This document shows, in pieces, positions 23,306 through 35,240 of a stretch of DNA of 43,434 nucleotides (within the stretch, counting starts at the first letter, position 1; each line of letters begins with the position of its first letter). The notes under the pieces are model-generated. The model was given only the letters and a program-made list of their open reading frames with translations. It was not told the origin of the DNA and did not search any database. Source of the DNA: Prorocentrum cordatum. Its lineage: Eukaryota. A program made the translations under genes and the position numbers. The stretch lies in the NCBI GenBank assembly GCA_963575745.1, contig CAUYUJ010000248.1:620001-663434 (forward strand), in the 5' to 3' direction.

Positions 23306-23508
23306 GTGCAGAAGGAGAAAAACGCCATAAACACAAATTTGTGGCGTTCCGCGCGGAGTCTTGGATCCGCGCTGGGCCCCCCCGGCGGCGCCTCCGGCGC
23401 CGCCATTGGCGCGCTCCGCGCGCCAGGCAGGGGGGGTCTAGCGCAGATCCACGAAATCCGCGCGGAGCGCCAAAGAATTTTGTTTATAGCGTTTTTTCTT
23501 CTTCTAAG
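23306..23508 (+). mobile_element. Introner-like GT-AG intron that is almost entirely a TIR hairpin element (family G)
   Basis: 23310-~23385 is the imperfect reverse complement of ~23430-23505; removing it restores the frame (FPVVG|GRCS). Related cores at ~23895-24012, ~26866-26987, ~40120-40206. Confidence 0.8.
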
Positions 23509-23856
23509 GTGGCCGTTGCTCCCTGAGGGAGTGCAACGTCCACGATTTCCTGCCAGTGGTGTGTGGCTTCTGCCAGGCGCCCTTCTGCGACCTGCATGCG
23601 GCGCCAGACCAGCACAGCTGCCAGCGCGCCCCGCCTGCAGTCGCCGGTCGCCGCGCCACCGTGTGCCCCGCGTGCGAGGAGACCCTCCGGTGGGACACCG
23701 CGGACTCCACGGAGGAGTCCACCCTGGAGGCACACCTGGCCGCGTGCCCGGGCCGACGGCGCCCGAGGGAGCTGTGCCCGAACCCGCGCTGCGGGGTCGA
23801 GCTCGGCCTGCTCAACGCGTTCACCTGCGCCACCTGCCAGCAGAGGGTGTGTATCG
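23509..23856 (+). CDS. AN1-AN1-PUB protein, exon 2 (AN1 finger 1, linker Zn motif, most of AN1 finger 2)
   Basis: GRCSLRECNVHDFLPVVCGFCQAPFCDLHAAPDQHSC...VCPACEETL...LEAHLAAC...CPNPRCGVELGLLNAFTCATCQQRVCI; 'C....C...DFLP..C..C...FC..H.....H.C' is the ZFAND2 signature; 3' edge uncertain by a few nt. Confidence 0.88.
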
Positions 23857-24016
23857 GAGGAGCAAGAAAGCTGCAGAAGCAGAGGGTCTCCGAGGTCCGC
23901 GGCGGATCTCTTGGATCGGCGCTGGCCTCCCCTCCCTGGCGCGCCTGGGGCGTCGCCAGAGGCGCCGCCAAGGGGGGCCAGCACAGATCCAAGACATCCG
24001 CGCGGATGTCCGCGTC

Positions 24017-24172
24017 GTCGGGCGTGTCCCTCTGCAGGAGGAAGACTCACAACTAGTAGGAACATTGTCTGGGGACCACTTTTGACAGCGTTTTGCAATG
24101 TTTGTTGATTGCTGGATTTTTTTGGGGGGCTTTCCTCCCACAAGATCCGGCTGTAGGGGGACACACTCCAGG
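24017..24172. mobile_element. MITE family A copy inside intron 2
   Basis: gtcgggcgtgtccctctgcaggagga ... atccggctgtagggggacac. Confidence 0.75.
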
Positions 24173-24210
24173 CCTCAGCGCATGCAGTTATTTTGCACCT
24201 CGACGCGTGG

Positions 24211-24224
24211 AGCACCGCTTCGAG
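24211..24224 (+). CDS. AN1-AN1-PUB protein, micro-exon 3 ((E)HRFE)
   Basis: Supplies the first His of AN1 finger 2 (C..HRFEDAHPC); GA donor at 24225; start is 24211 or 24213 depending on the acceptor. Confidence 0.7.
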
Positions 24225-24834
24225 GACGCCCACCCCCACCGCCTCACCGTCGTCGCCGCCATCGCCACCACCAGCAATTTGCGTCAGCGTCATGTCCGGC
24301 GTCAGCATCGCAGTCAGCATGCCCAACTCTCGTCACCGTCACCAGCTCCAGTACAGTGGGGGCCCATGCAAGACACACCCTGCTCGCCTCCAGGGTAGCC
24401 TGGATTTCGTGGGTTTCGATGGTTTTGCTTCAAGAATGGGCGGCGGCAACAGAGGAGTGTGTTGCTGCACGCGCAGCAGCCCGCGCAGGGCGCGCTCCGG
24501 CGCATGCTGCGACCTTGACCCCCCTGACCCCTATGCTGGGCATCTCCTCATCACGATGCCAATCTTAGGGATTCCCTTATGGTTTGAGGGCGCGTGTCAA
24601 TCTTAGGGATCGGGAGAAGTCCGAGGCTGGTAACGCTGGGCCCCGACGAGCCAGAAGTCCGAGCGGCGCCCCGCGGGGGCGACCCGCCGCAGGCGGCAGG
24701 CGGGCCCGGAGCCCCCCGAACACCGAGGCGGGCCCGTGCCGGCCACGCGGAGGCACACGCACCGCCCAAGCGGCCGCCGCGGCACACGCACCGCTCCGGC
24801 CTCGAGGAAGGGCACCACCGAGGAGGATAATTTT

Positions 24835-24990
24835 CAGGAGGGGAAACAACACACAGACACAATGAATCGTCGATTCCCCCGGAAATATAGGAAAATACGG
24901 GAATTGGGCGGGAAGACAGAAACCCAGAACATATATGAAAATATGGAGCATCATTTGATTTGTGTGTCTTTGTTTGTGTGTCCTTGTGCC
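24835..24990 (+). repeat. Dispersed AT-rich repeat family I (acacacagacacaat.aatcg...ggaaaata.gggaa)
   Basis: Copies at ~38414-38575 and ~39027-39185. Confidence 0.75.
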
Positions 24991-25216
24991 CCTTGAAATT
25001 ACCACCGCGATCCAAAGTACTGAAAAATGCAGACGGTTTTTTTTCAACATTTTGGGCCGCTGGCGGCCCTCGCCGGGCCCTGGGACCGTCAAGGAACGAC
25101 TCTGGACGACAAGCCGGTGCGGGGGAGTGTGTCGAGACGTCTGGGGACCCCGTGTTGAACAGATCACGACATCGGATCTCTGGGACGGCAGGCTCATGCG
25201 GCGCTGGCGATCGGAG

Positions 25217-25370
25217 GGCACCAACTATACACCAACACCGATCCTGGCCCAGGAACCCTGGGTCCAGGATCGGTGTATATGCCTTCTTGCCCCAGGCAGG
25301 AGGGCGTATACACCGATCCTGGGCCCAGGGTGATCCTGGCCAGGATCGGTGTTGGTATATAGTTGGTGCC
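25217..25370. mobile_element. MITE family C, copy 2
   Basis: ggcaccaactatacaccaacaccgatcctggcc ... ggccaggatcggtgttggtatatagttggtgcc, near-perfect 33-bp TIR. Confidence 0.88.
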
Positions 25371-27084
25371 TTCCTAGGCGACGCCAGCGAAGGCGTTCAA
25401 GGTTGAATTCTGCGACGCTGAAGCACCGAGCTACACGGTGGCGCCAGCGGACCCGACGGAATTCAACCTTGAACTGTCGGGGCCGCGACCGCTGCAAAGC
25501 TGAGCGATCGACGCGGACGCGGTGTCCGAAGCCACCGTCGACGTCATCGCTGCACGGACTTGCCGTAGCACCACCAACTTCGTTGTCCGTTGTCTGCCCC
25601 TCGATTCGGGCTGGACGAAAGGGTAGGATAGGGAAAGGGGGGGGTGCTACGGAATCTGCTGCATGCAGCTGGTTTCCGCCTCGCCGCCGGGCCCATTCCT
25701 CGATACGTGGGCGCACGCCAGCGCCAGGAGGCGTCAGGAAAACCATCCACGTTAATTGATTCTCTACCCTACCCGTTGCTACCCCACCCTCCCAGGCGTG
25801 CGACTTCCTGATTTTTCCAATACGGGCTTCCTGGAAGTCCCGACCCTTTCCCCGCAACCGGTTCTTCCTCTTGAGCCGTTTGTTCACGGTCCCGGGGCCC
25901 GGCGAGGGCCCCCATGGCCGAAAATGGCCAAACATTTCCCGTCTTGATTTTTCTACGACGCGAGGATGGTGATAGTTTTCTTATTCATTGTTTTGCCGAT
26001 CGGCGCGGGCCCTCGCACCCCCCTCCACCCCCACCCCTGGAGTAGATATTGGCTGGTTTTGGCGCCTCTGTCAAGCAATTGGAGCCTCTCCCCCATAGGA
26101 CGCACTGCGGCAAACAGTCGCATTAAGCAGGGGTCTGGAGCTAGACCCCCCTCATTCCCCTTCCTCTTTCCGCCCAATATCTTAAGGCCGAGTAAGAAAA
26201 CGTTCACATGTTTGGGCTTTCGCCCCCCCCGATCGATGCACGGAGGACCGCTCCGAGAGGACGCAAAAAATCACGACTGGAGCCCTGAACCCCATCTTTC
26301 TGCGTCATTATTTCAGCCGCGTTGATCTGTGAGGGCCACAGGGCCCGAAGCGGGGCGAAAAAGCATCGGGCTCGAAAACATGGAGTGGCCAGGATCTCAG
26401 GGCTACGATTTTTTATCCTAATCCCAGACGCCCGACGTCTCGATTTTTTCGAAACACGGGCCCCCGACCTCCTGAATACTTCCCCGGGACCAGTTTTATA
26501 TCCAGCGTCGTTTTTGTTGACGGTCCCAAGGCCCGGCGAGGGCTCCGAGATGCCAAAACGACGAAGCACCTCCGTCTCGATTCTTTCGAGGCGCCCGATG
26601 TCGAAGATTATCTTTATGCCCCCCCGATCGATGCGCTGAGCACCGCTCCGCGAGGATCGGGACGATCGAGATGGGTACGGAAAGAATGGGTACAATGCCC
26701 ATCAACAGTTCCTGTTCATTTTGAACAGGACTCGCTGTCCGCGCCGCCGCGGCCTGTGCCCACATTTGAAACAGAAGGCTGCCTGCCCAACAGCGGCCGC
26801 TGTTGGTCTTGGACAACACTGTAAGCTTTGCTATCCTAATTTAGGCGAACGAGATATGGTTCAGAGGTCCGCGCGGATTTCTCGGAACGACGCTGGTCCC
26901 CCCTGGCGGCGCCTCCGGCGCCACACTTGGCGCGCTCCGCGCACCAAGGAGGGGGTTCAGCGCCGACCCCAAAAATTCGCGCGGACCTCAGAGTTTTTTG
27001 TGTTTTGTGTCATCCTTCGTTCCCCTTTAACTACCTTTTTGCCCCCCCCCCGACCGGTGCACGGAGCACCGCCTTGCGAGGAGT

Positions 27085-27238
27085 AAGTCGGGCGTGTCCC
27101 TCTACAGGAGGCATCGTATATAAGATAGTCCAGAAATAGCCTGGGGACGATGTTTCTGAGCTTGTTTTGACCACTTTGGGGCACTTCTTGACTACTTTTG
27201 TTCCTTCCTCCATAATCCCCCTGAGGACAGGCCCGACT
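27085..27238. mobile_element. MITE family A copy
   Basis: aagtcgggcgtgtccctctacaggagg ... aggacaggcccgactt. Confidence 0.75.
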
Positions 27239-27274
27239 TCACTCGGGTATGGCCAGGACCCCGGGTAAGGGGAC

Positions 27275-27451
27275 CCGGTTAGTGGTAGGGCCCCAGAGCC
27301 TTTGAATTGGCCAGAATCACTAAACCAGGTTTGCCATAGTTTGTGTTTTTTCGGGTGACGGCAGTTCCGGTTAGTGGGAAAGGGACGGGGGGGCGCCCCC
27401 GGTACAGATCACTAAACCAGGTTCCACTAAACCCAGTTCTACCAACACCCG
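27275..27451 (+). repeat. Dispersed repeat family H (ccggttagtgg...atcactaaaccagg)
   Basis: Aligns with ~37472-37651; lies immediately upstream of the exon 4 acceptor. Confidence 0.75.
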
Positions 27452-27462
27452 GTTCACGCGAG

Positions 27463-27590
27463 GACGCCCACCCCTGCCGACGGCCGCGGCCCGCGCCCCC
27501 GGCGGCGGGCGAGCCCGCGGGGGCCGGCGCGGGGGCGGGGGGCGCGCCGCCGCTGCGCGGCCTGGCGGGGCCGAGCGGGCTCGCCGAGGC
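27463..27590 (+). CDS. AN1-AN1-PUB protein, exon 4 (end of AN1 finger 2 plus Pro/Gly/Ala linker)
   Basis: gag| acceptor then DAHPCRRPRPAPPAAGEPAGAGAGAGGAPPLRGLAGPSGLAE(A); H.C completes the finger; putative GC donor at 27591 (3' edge inferred). Confidence 0.75.
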
Positions 27591-27619
27591 GCGGGCGGAT
27601 ATGCGCCGTAGCTTCGGTG

Positions 27620-29548
27620 GACCTTCTGCCTGTCCTGTAAGCGTCTCGAGTAAACGTCGAGAACAGGGAAACATTAGTCAGAAGACGTTCTTGTTCGTTT
27701 TTTAGAATCTGCTTTAAAACGTAAGATGTAATGGCTCGCCCGACCTGTCCTGTAAAACGTTTCGACTACACTTGGGGCGGGCATGTCCCCTTACAGGCAG
27801 ATGTTGGACGAAACATATGGGAAAGATTCAAGACGCCTTCAAACGTAGACAGAAATGATTAAAAAAGCTGCCCCTTCGGGGGCCTTTTGCCTGTGCTGTT
27901 AACGTTTCGGCAGCACCCAAAAAAACTGTATTTAAGTCGGGCCGTTTCCTCCACAGGGGGAATATTCAAGAACAGGAACAATTAGTCAGAACACATTTTT
28001 AGTTCTTTTACTACATGCTTTAAAAGAAAAGTATAAGGTTTCGCCCGACCTGTCCTGTAAACGTTTGGACTATAATTGGGTCGGGCATGTCCCCTCACGG
28101 GCAGATGTTGGACGAAACATATGGGAAAGATTCAAGACACCTCCAAACGCAGACAGAAATGATGAAAAACAAGTAGTCAGAAGACGTTTGTTTTCTTTTT
28201 TCTTTAAAACAAAAAAATATAGGTTTCAAAACATGTTTGGAAAGAAAATCTATTATGTCGCCCGACCTGTCCTGTAAACATTTCGGCTACACTTGGGTCG
28301 GGCATGTCCCTTTACGGGCAGATGTTGGACGAATCAAGGGAAACATTCAAAACATCTTCAACAGCAGGCAGAAATGATAGAACAAAATTACCCCTTCGAG
28401 GGCCTTCTTGCCTGTCCTGTAAACGTCTCGGCTGCACCCTTGAAAACTGTATTTAAGTCGGGCCTGTCCCTCCACATGAGGAATATTCAAGAACAGGAGC
28501 AATTAGTCAGAAGACGTTTTTTTTTTTTTTTTTTTTTTTTTTAATAGTTGTTTTTCTTTACTACATGTACATGCTTTAACAGAAAATATAATGTTTCGCC
28601 CGACCTGTCCTGTAAACGTTTTGACTACACTTGGGTCGGGCATGTCCCCTTACGGGCAGATGTTGAACGAAACATGGGAAATATCCGACACATCTTCAAA
28701 ACCAGACAACAATAACGAAACAAGCTGCCCCTTCGGGGGCCTTTTGCCTGTCCTGTAAATGTTTCGGCTGCACCCTTGAAAACTGTATTTAAGTCGGGCC
28801 TGTCCCTCCACAGGAGGAATATTCAAGTACAGGAGAAATTAGTCAGAAGACGTGTTTTTGGTTTTGCGTGCATGCTTTAACAACAAATGGAATGTTTTGC
28901 CCGATCTGTCCTGAAAACGTTTCGACTACACTTGGGGCGGGCATGTCCCCTTACGGGCAGATGTTGGACGAAACATATGGGACAGATTTCAAGACGCCTT
29001 CAAACGTAGACAGAAATGATGAAAAAAGCTCCCCCTTCGGGGGCCCTGTCCTGTAAATGTTTCGGCTGCACCCTTGAAAACTGTGTTTAAGTCGGGCCTG
29101 TCCCTCCACAGGAGATATATTCAAGAATAGGAAAAATAGTCAGATGACTTTTGTTTACTTGTTATTGCATGTTTTAACAAAAAATAGAATTGTTCGCCCG
29201 ACCTGTCCTGTAAAACGTTTCGACTACGCTTGGGTCGGGCATATCTCCTTACCGGCAGGTGTTTGACGAAACATATGGGAAATATTCGAGACATCTTCAA
29301 AGGCAGACAGAAATGATGAAACAATCTGCCCATTCGGGGGACCCTGTCTGTCCTGTAAATGTTTCGGCTGCACCCTGGAACACTGTATTTAAGTTTGGCC
29401 TGTCCCTCCACAAGAGGAAGATTCAAGAATAGGGAACACATCAGTCAGAAGACGTTTTCTGTGTACAGATTTTAGCGTATGTTCCAAAATTCAAAAATGT
29501 TGATAATGTTTCGCCCGAAATCCCCTTGTAGGGGGGCAGGCCCGACCT
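27620..29548. repeat. Tandem array of ~300-bp units built from MITE family A ends (6 units plus a partial one)
   Basis: Marker ttggg[t/g]cgggcat.tc.c at ~27772, 28076, 28293, 28631, 28932, 29230 (one unit internally deleted). Most units also carry aagtcgggcctgtccctccacagg; the array ends in a family A right TIR. Confidence 0.88.
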
Positions 29549-29824
29549 ATATCTAGATTGTTGGGGGCACGGCTAGAAAAAATGCGCCGCCAAAAGAAAC
29601 CATTTTGAGGCCGGGGCGACGTGGGCGCCAAACTGACGGATCCGGCCATTTGTGGTAAATGTCTACACGTATTTTAGAAAGGGGGTGCCGTATGTAATTT
29701 GTCCGACCCCCTTCCAGGATTGGTTGAATTTTTGCTTCATTTTGGAAAATCCCAAACCGTTATGTTTTAAACACGTTTCGGGGCCCATTTTGAGCAGCCG
29801 TGCCCCCGGGTATATCACTTGCTA

Positions 29825-29992
29825 ACGTAAGAGTGACCGTTCGCCGGAGTGACCTTTGGTGCGGTCCCAATGTGGCCCTCAGACCGCCGAATGCGAGGCG
29901 ATAGCAGCGGCTTTGCGCGCCTGGTGGTGTCTCCAAAGGGCCCCGCTCGGCCGCGCACCAAAGGTCATTCTTGCCTAGGGTCACTCTTGCGT
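29825..29992. mobile_element. MITE family B, copy 2
   Basis: acgtaagagtgacc ... gggtcactcttgcgt. Confidence 0.82.
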
Positions 29993-30316
29993 GTCGGCGC
30001 GGATGTCGACGTGGACTCGGCACGGTGTCCGACACGCATGCGACACGGATGCAACCCCGATGCGACGACGCGCTCGACACCGATTTTCGGCACGGGCTCG
30101 ACGTGGATCGCGGCGCGACGGGACAGGCAAGGTCCTCCGGATGGGCAATAAATACAAGGGCGGTTGGTCATAGGGGGTGACCTGAATCGACTAGACGGAC
30201 GAGGAGAGGAAGGACGAGGAAGAGTTCTTGGTCCCCCCCATGGGCCGAAGGCCCATCCGGCGCAACACCGTAGCCGCGCTCTGCATTTGCGCATGCCTCG
30301 CCAGATGATCCACTGG

Positions 30317-30485
30317 ACGTAAGAGCGACCTTTCGCCGGAGTGACCTTTGGTGCTGGCCCAGCGGGGTCCCTCGATCGCCGAACGCGACGCGGTAGCAGC
30401 GGCTTGCGCGCCCAGGTTTGGCCACTCCGCGTCCCTCGTTCAGCAGCGCGTCAACGATCATTCTTGCCTAGGGTCACCCTCACGT
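30317..30485. mobile_element. MITE family B, copy 3
   Basis: acgtaagagcgacctttcgccggagtgacctttggtgc ... gggtcaccctcacgt. Confidence 0.8.
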
Positions 30486-30585
30486 GTAGTCGACCAAGTG
30501 TCGCTGCGCCGATTTGTCCGATGCGCGGTCTTACGTCTTGAGGAGAGCGCCTCGGCCACCAGGGCAAACTCCGCCTCGGACACAG

Positions 30586-30607
30586 GATGCGCCGTGGGTT
30601 TTCCGCT
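30586..30607 (+). CDS. Candidate exon 5 of AN1-AN1-PUB gene (MRRGFSA)
   Basis: cag| acceptor, GT donor at 30608, phase fits exons 4 and 6; atgcgccgt is duplicated just inside the preceding intron (27601-27609). Inferred, no homology support. Confidence 0.45.
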
Positions 30608-30775
30608 GTGCTGGCATCGTCTGCCCGGGCGGGGGGCGCAGGGCCTGCCGCGGGTTTGCCTTGGTGCCGGCGTTGTCCTACTGGGCGCGTCGAGATCACG
30701 GCGCGGCGACACGTGGGGGGGGAAGAAAAGGGCCGTCAAGGGGCCCCACGGGGCCCTTTTAGGGCACCATTCTTA

Positions 30776-30921
30776 ACCTCCTCCTCCTCCTCCTCCTCCT
30801 CCTCCTCAACCTCCTCCTCCTCCTCCATAACCTCCTCCTCCTCCTCCTCCTCTTCCTCCTCCTACTTCTCCTCCTCCTCCTCCTCCTCCTCCTCCTCCTC
30901 CTCCTCCTCCTCCTCCCCTCC
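30776..30921. repeat. (CCT)n microsatellite
   Basis: Directly visible. Confidence 0.93.
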
Positions 30922-31582
30922 CAATGTAGGTCACCGTTCATGACCAGCCGCCCGCGAGGCGAGAGCTCAGCTGGGTGGCACCACCGTGGCGCGCGGGGAG
31001 TGCCTATACTCGAGTTGGGGCCGACTGGGGATCTGAGGTTCGCCAAGGGGGAAACGGGCCCTGAGGGGAACGGGTCCTGGGTTGTGTCGCCGACTTCGGG
31101 CTGTCGGGGCCCCTCCACGGGCCCCCAGACTGTCAGACGACGGCTCGGGATGAAGACCCCCAGGGCCCAGGTCCCCGTTTCCTTCAGGACCTGCCTCCCC
31201 AAACAGGTGGCCCGGCGTTGGTTCCGGCCAGCAGGAACGGGGGGGGGAGAGGTTCGAGGTTCGAGCTTGGACCAAACTCGTTGTCTTTCTCGGCCTCTGG
31301 GGGAGGCTTTTCGCCGATTTCGACCTTCCGAGGACCTCGCCGGGCCCCGGGACCGTCAAAGAACGCCTCAGGATGAAAATCTGGTTCCGGGGAATGGGTC
31401 GAGACTTCCGGGGACCCCGCATTAAACAAATCGCGACGTCGCGACGTCGGAGGTCTGGGGACTCTGAGCGGCCTTGGCCTCGTCCCCCGTCCTGCAGATG
31501 GCAACATGCCCGCAGGGGCCCCCACCAGCTCAGACCCCCAGGCCGCCTCCGGCTTCCGAGGAGCAGAACGCGGCACCCCTTC

Positions 31583-31736
31583 TTACCAGCCTGGAACAGA
31601 TCCCTATCCCTATGCTGGGCACCTCCTCATCACGATGCCAATCTTAGGGATTCCCTTATTTTTGGAGGGCGCATCCCCGAGATTGCCATCGCCTTTTGGC
31701 GTGTCAATCTTAGAGATAGGGATACGTTCGAGGCTG
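31583..31736. mobile_element. MITE family D copy
   Basis: Aligns with 677-822; an inverted copy lies at ~32383-32532. Confidence 0.8.
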
Positions 31737-31850
31737 ATCACCTTCGGAGCTCCGCGCGGGACGCTTGCGGATGGGCGCTATGGCCCCCCCCTGAGGCGGC
31801 GCCTCAAGGCGCCGCCCGTGGCCTTGCCTCCCAGCGCCACGCCCCTGTCG

Positions 31851-31889
<39 letters not shown>

Positions 31890-31910
31890 CCAGGGCCCCA
31901 GTCGACGAGT

Positions 31911-32081
31911 CGTAAGAGTGACCTTTCGCTGGAGTGATCTCTGGTGCGGGCACCGATGGGTCCCCAGGTGGCTGGCAACGAAGCAGCAGCAGCTGCTTGC
32001 GCGCCCAGGTTTGGTCCCCCCGTGGCCACCCAAAAAAGGTCGCGCACCAAAGGTCACTCTTACCCAGGGTCACTCTTGCGT
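31911..32081. mobile_element. MITE family B, copy 4
   Basis: cgtaagagtgacctttcgctggagtga ... aaggtcactcttacccagggtcactcttgcgt. Confidence 0.85.
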
Positions 32082-32691
32082 ATATAGCCGACCCGGGTAA
32101 GGGGGCCCAGTCAGCAGCAGGGCCCCTGGAGCCCCGAAGTGGGCCAGAGTCGCTCAGCCAGGTCAGCCGTATAGCTGATGTTTTCTTCGGGTGACGGCGG
32201 CTCCGGTCCGTGGAACGGGGCGGGGGGTGGGGGCGTGGCGTCCCCCAGTACACATCACCAGAAGCCAGGTCCCACGGAACCCAGTTCTGGCCACGCCCGA
32301 CCCTGGAGCGCACTGAGCGCCAGAGAGGGGGGGGGGCCCGTGGCCGGTCCCGGGAAGCCCGCGCGGAGCTCAGAGGAAGCCCCAGCCTCGAACTGATCCC
32401 CATCCTTGAGATTGGCACGCCAAGAGGCGATGGCAATCTTAGGGATGCGCCCTCAAAGAATGAAGGAATCCCTGAGATTGGCACCGCGAGGAGGAGATGC
32501 CCAGCACAGGGCTAGGGACCTGTTCCAGGCTGGCAGAGGCAGTCCCCAGGCAGCGCTCGGGCTTCTGGGGGAACCGGGCCCGGGGCGTCGGCCTAGGCGG
32601 CCCCGGTGCTCGCCGCCGCCCCGCCCCGTCGCCGGCTCGTCGCCGCCCGCGTGGGCTGAGGTCTGGGTGTCGGTCTGGCGGCTCGGTCCAG

Positions 32692-32738
32692 TGCTCGCCG
32701 TCGCCGCCCCGTCGCCGCCGCGCGGCGGCCTCGCAGAC
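32692..32738 (+). CDS. Candidate exon 6 of AN1-AN1-PUB gene (CSPSPPRRRRAAASQT)
   Basis: cag| acceptor, GT donor at 32739 (phase 2). Joining to 39711 gives AAASQTIRRCLSDV, resembling the PUB N-terminal helix. Inferred. Confidence 0.45.
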
Positions 32739-32752
32739 GTCCTTTCGAAAGG

Positions 32753-33058
32753 AATCGGACCCTGCCCTCAAAGTCGGGCATTGTCCCTCTGCAGGAGGAG
32801 AAGGCACAAACCGGTTCAGGATGGGCAGGGAACCTGGCGCATGTAGAAAGCTAGTGTTGGTTAGTTTGGCGCATTCTTCAAACAAATCGGATTCTGCCCT
32901 CAAAGTGGGGCATGTCCCTCTGCAGGAGGAGAGGTCAAAAACAGTTCAGGATGGGCAGGGAACCTGGTGTATCTAGAAAACTGGTGATGGTTAGTCTGGC
33001 GCACTCTTCAAGCCAACCGTCTTCCGAAATCCGCCTATAGGAGGACATGCCCGACCTA
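32753..33058. mobile_element. MITE family A copy with ~132-bp tandem duplication of its left part
   Basis: aatcgga..ctgccctcaaagt.gggca.tgtccctctgcaggaggaga at 32753 and 32885; a single right TIR at ~33030-33058. Confidence 0.8.
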
Positions 33059-33261
33059 GGTCTGCCCGCCTCGGGTGTATCGCTTGCCCCTGGGATGGTA
33101 CTCTTTACGTACGATTCTGCCCCATCGCTCATTTCCACTACGCATTTCCATCATCCCAGGGGGCACCCGGTATCATCCCACCCCACTCATCCTTGATTGA
33201 ACAATGCTGTGCTCCCACTCGCTTGTTATACATCAGCCACGTTTAAGAATCCATTGTCCAA

Positions 33262-35240
33262 ATGCGACAATTTCCACGCGCGCGGCGTCGCGCGCGCATG
33301 CTGAATTCTTCAAAAACGGATGATTCCGTAGGATTTCACGATCCAGGTTCCCGAACACATTTCAAACCACACAAATGGTTGTGCACCATGGTTGTGCACC
33401 ATGGTTGTTCAAAAAGCTCTGCGCGCTTTTGCGAAGTCTACGGGTTAACACGATGTTATATGATTCCCAGCAGTGCCACCATGCGGGCCTTTCGCGCGGG
33501 CATGTCGAAATCACTCGGGCCCCTCTGCACGCTTGCTTTAGGGGGCAGCATCTGTTTCAAACAGTTTTCCATGCGGGCCACTCGCCCGCATCGGCCACGC
33601 TCGCATGTCGAGATCCTTCGAAATTATGGTTCACCGACGCGTGGACACACCATCATCGTCATCGGCGTGACCCGCAATGGCGCCGTCATTGGCCTTGCCG
33701 TCGTCACCGTCGTCATCGTCACCATCTTCGCTACTATCGTAATCGTATCTGCTGTTGTCGACGTCATGACGATACCGCGGCCGCCCGAGTCATTGACTCG
33801 CACTGAAGTGCCCGCGCGTCAGCGCGGACTGCGAGACGCACTGGGAAGTCCCCGGCCTGCGGCGCCACCGCGGCCGCGCCGTTGTCGCTAAGCTAGCTGG
33901 CCGCGGCCGCAGCGATGTGCCAGCCAGCCCAAAGCACTCGTCGCAATCGCCGCTGAATAGGTTTTGCAAACCAAGTTGCGGCTGGGTGGTGTGATCGCGC
34001 GGGCAGTGGATTCGACATTTTATTGCGAACAACAAATCGCAGCACCACATAGATTCCAGCACAAGGGCTGCACGACGCAAATTGCACCACATTGACTGTA
34101 CAGTAAGTGCACGACGCAGATTTGCAATACACTGACTGCACAGACCTTGGATCGCACCGCATAGATTTTCCTTCCTGAAAAAGGGAATACACTCCCCCCT
34201 CTCCGGATTATCGGCACCCGATTTCGCATGCGATTTTGCCCCATCGTCCATCCGAGATACGATTTCACACCGTTCCAGCCCAAGCGGTATCGCCAACCCC
34301 TGCCATCTTTTGCACAAAAACTATGCGCGCACTCGTGCACCAAAAATAAGAAGTGTCCCACTGCCCCTTGCAAAAACAAAAAAAAACAAGTGCGCACGCG
34401 CGCGTGGTCGCGCGCGCATGCCGAAATTCTTGAACAACCTTCGAACCCGTAAGCAGCTCAAAATCGAGTGTCCAACACTTTTGTTTAACACACAAGATTT
34501 CGCAACACGGATTCTTTCTTTCAAAATAGAATGTGCGTGCGGTTTTGCGAAGTTTTAAGACAACCATCGGTTTTTCAACATGTTCAGAACATGCTACCAA
34601 ACGGGCTTCGCGCGCGCATGTCGAAATTGCTCGAATGCCCTTGCGCGCGTGCTGTCGCGAGGACTCTTTGCAACAGATGCGACGAGATAAATGCATACGC
34701 GCGCGTCGTCGCGCGCGCATGCCGAACTCAGTAAAATGCGCGCGGCTCGGAAAGGGGTTTCAAAACCAAGCGCCCAAACAACTACAACACATGGCTTCGC
34801 AACAACAGTTTTCAAACAAGCGTGCGCTCGCGCTCTTGCGAATTCCTGACAAAACAATGTTTTTTTTGTTTTCACAACATGTTCATGGAATTCTGCCAAA
34901 GGGGCCTCTCGCGCCGCATGCCGACATCATTCGCGCGCCCTTGCGCGCGTGCTGGGGGGGCACGATCGGTTTCAAATAATACCATGCGGGCCACTCGCGC
35001 GCCCGCCGCGCGCACATGTCGGACTCTTTCCAAAACCTTCATCACCGACGCGAGGACGCCGTCATCGTCGTCGGCGCGATCAGCATCGGCGCCCGCACTA
35101 GCCGCGCCATCGTCGTTGTCAACATCGTCACCAGCATCGCTACGATCATCATCGTGTCTACCGTTGTCGACGTTGCCGCGACGCCGTGCCCGCCCAAGTC
35201 ACCGACTCGCAGTGAAGAGCCCCGCTGGGATGTGCCCAGC
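33262..35240. repeat. Degenerate long tandem repeat (gcgcgc.tcgcgcgcgcatg.cgaa units)
   Basis: ~33262-33830 aligns with ~34690-35220 (ccatgcgggccactcgc, caccgacgcg.ggac, gactcgca.tgaag.gcccgc); a partial unit at ~34390-34690. Confidence 0.72.

Noticed and set aside
27620..29548. CRISPR-like array
   Set aside because: Whole ~300-bp units are repeated, there are no unique spacers or cas genes, and the context is eukaryotic.
8929..29795. Additional relic SLs (gccattttt at ~8930, ccattttg at ~29601 and ~29785)
   Set aside because: Matches are 9 nt or shorter and lack GGCTCAAG; expected by chance.
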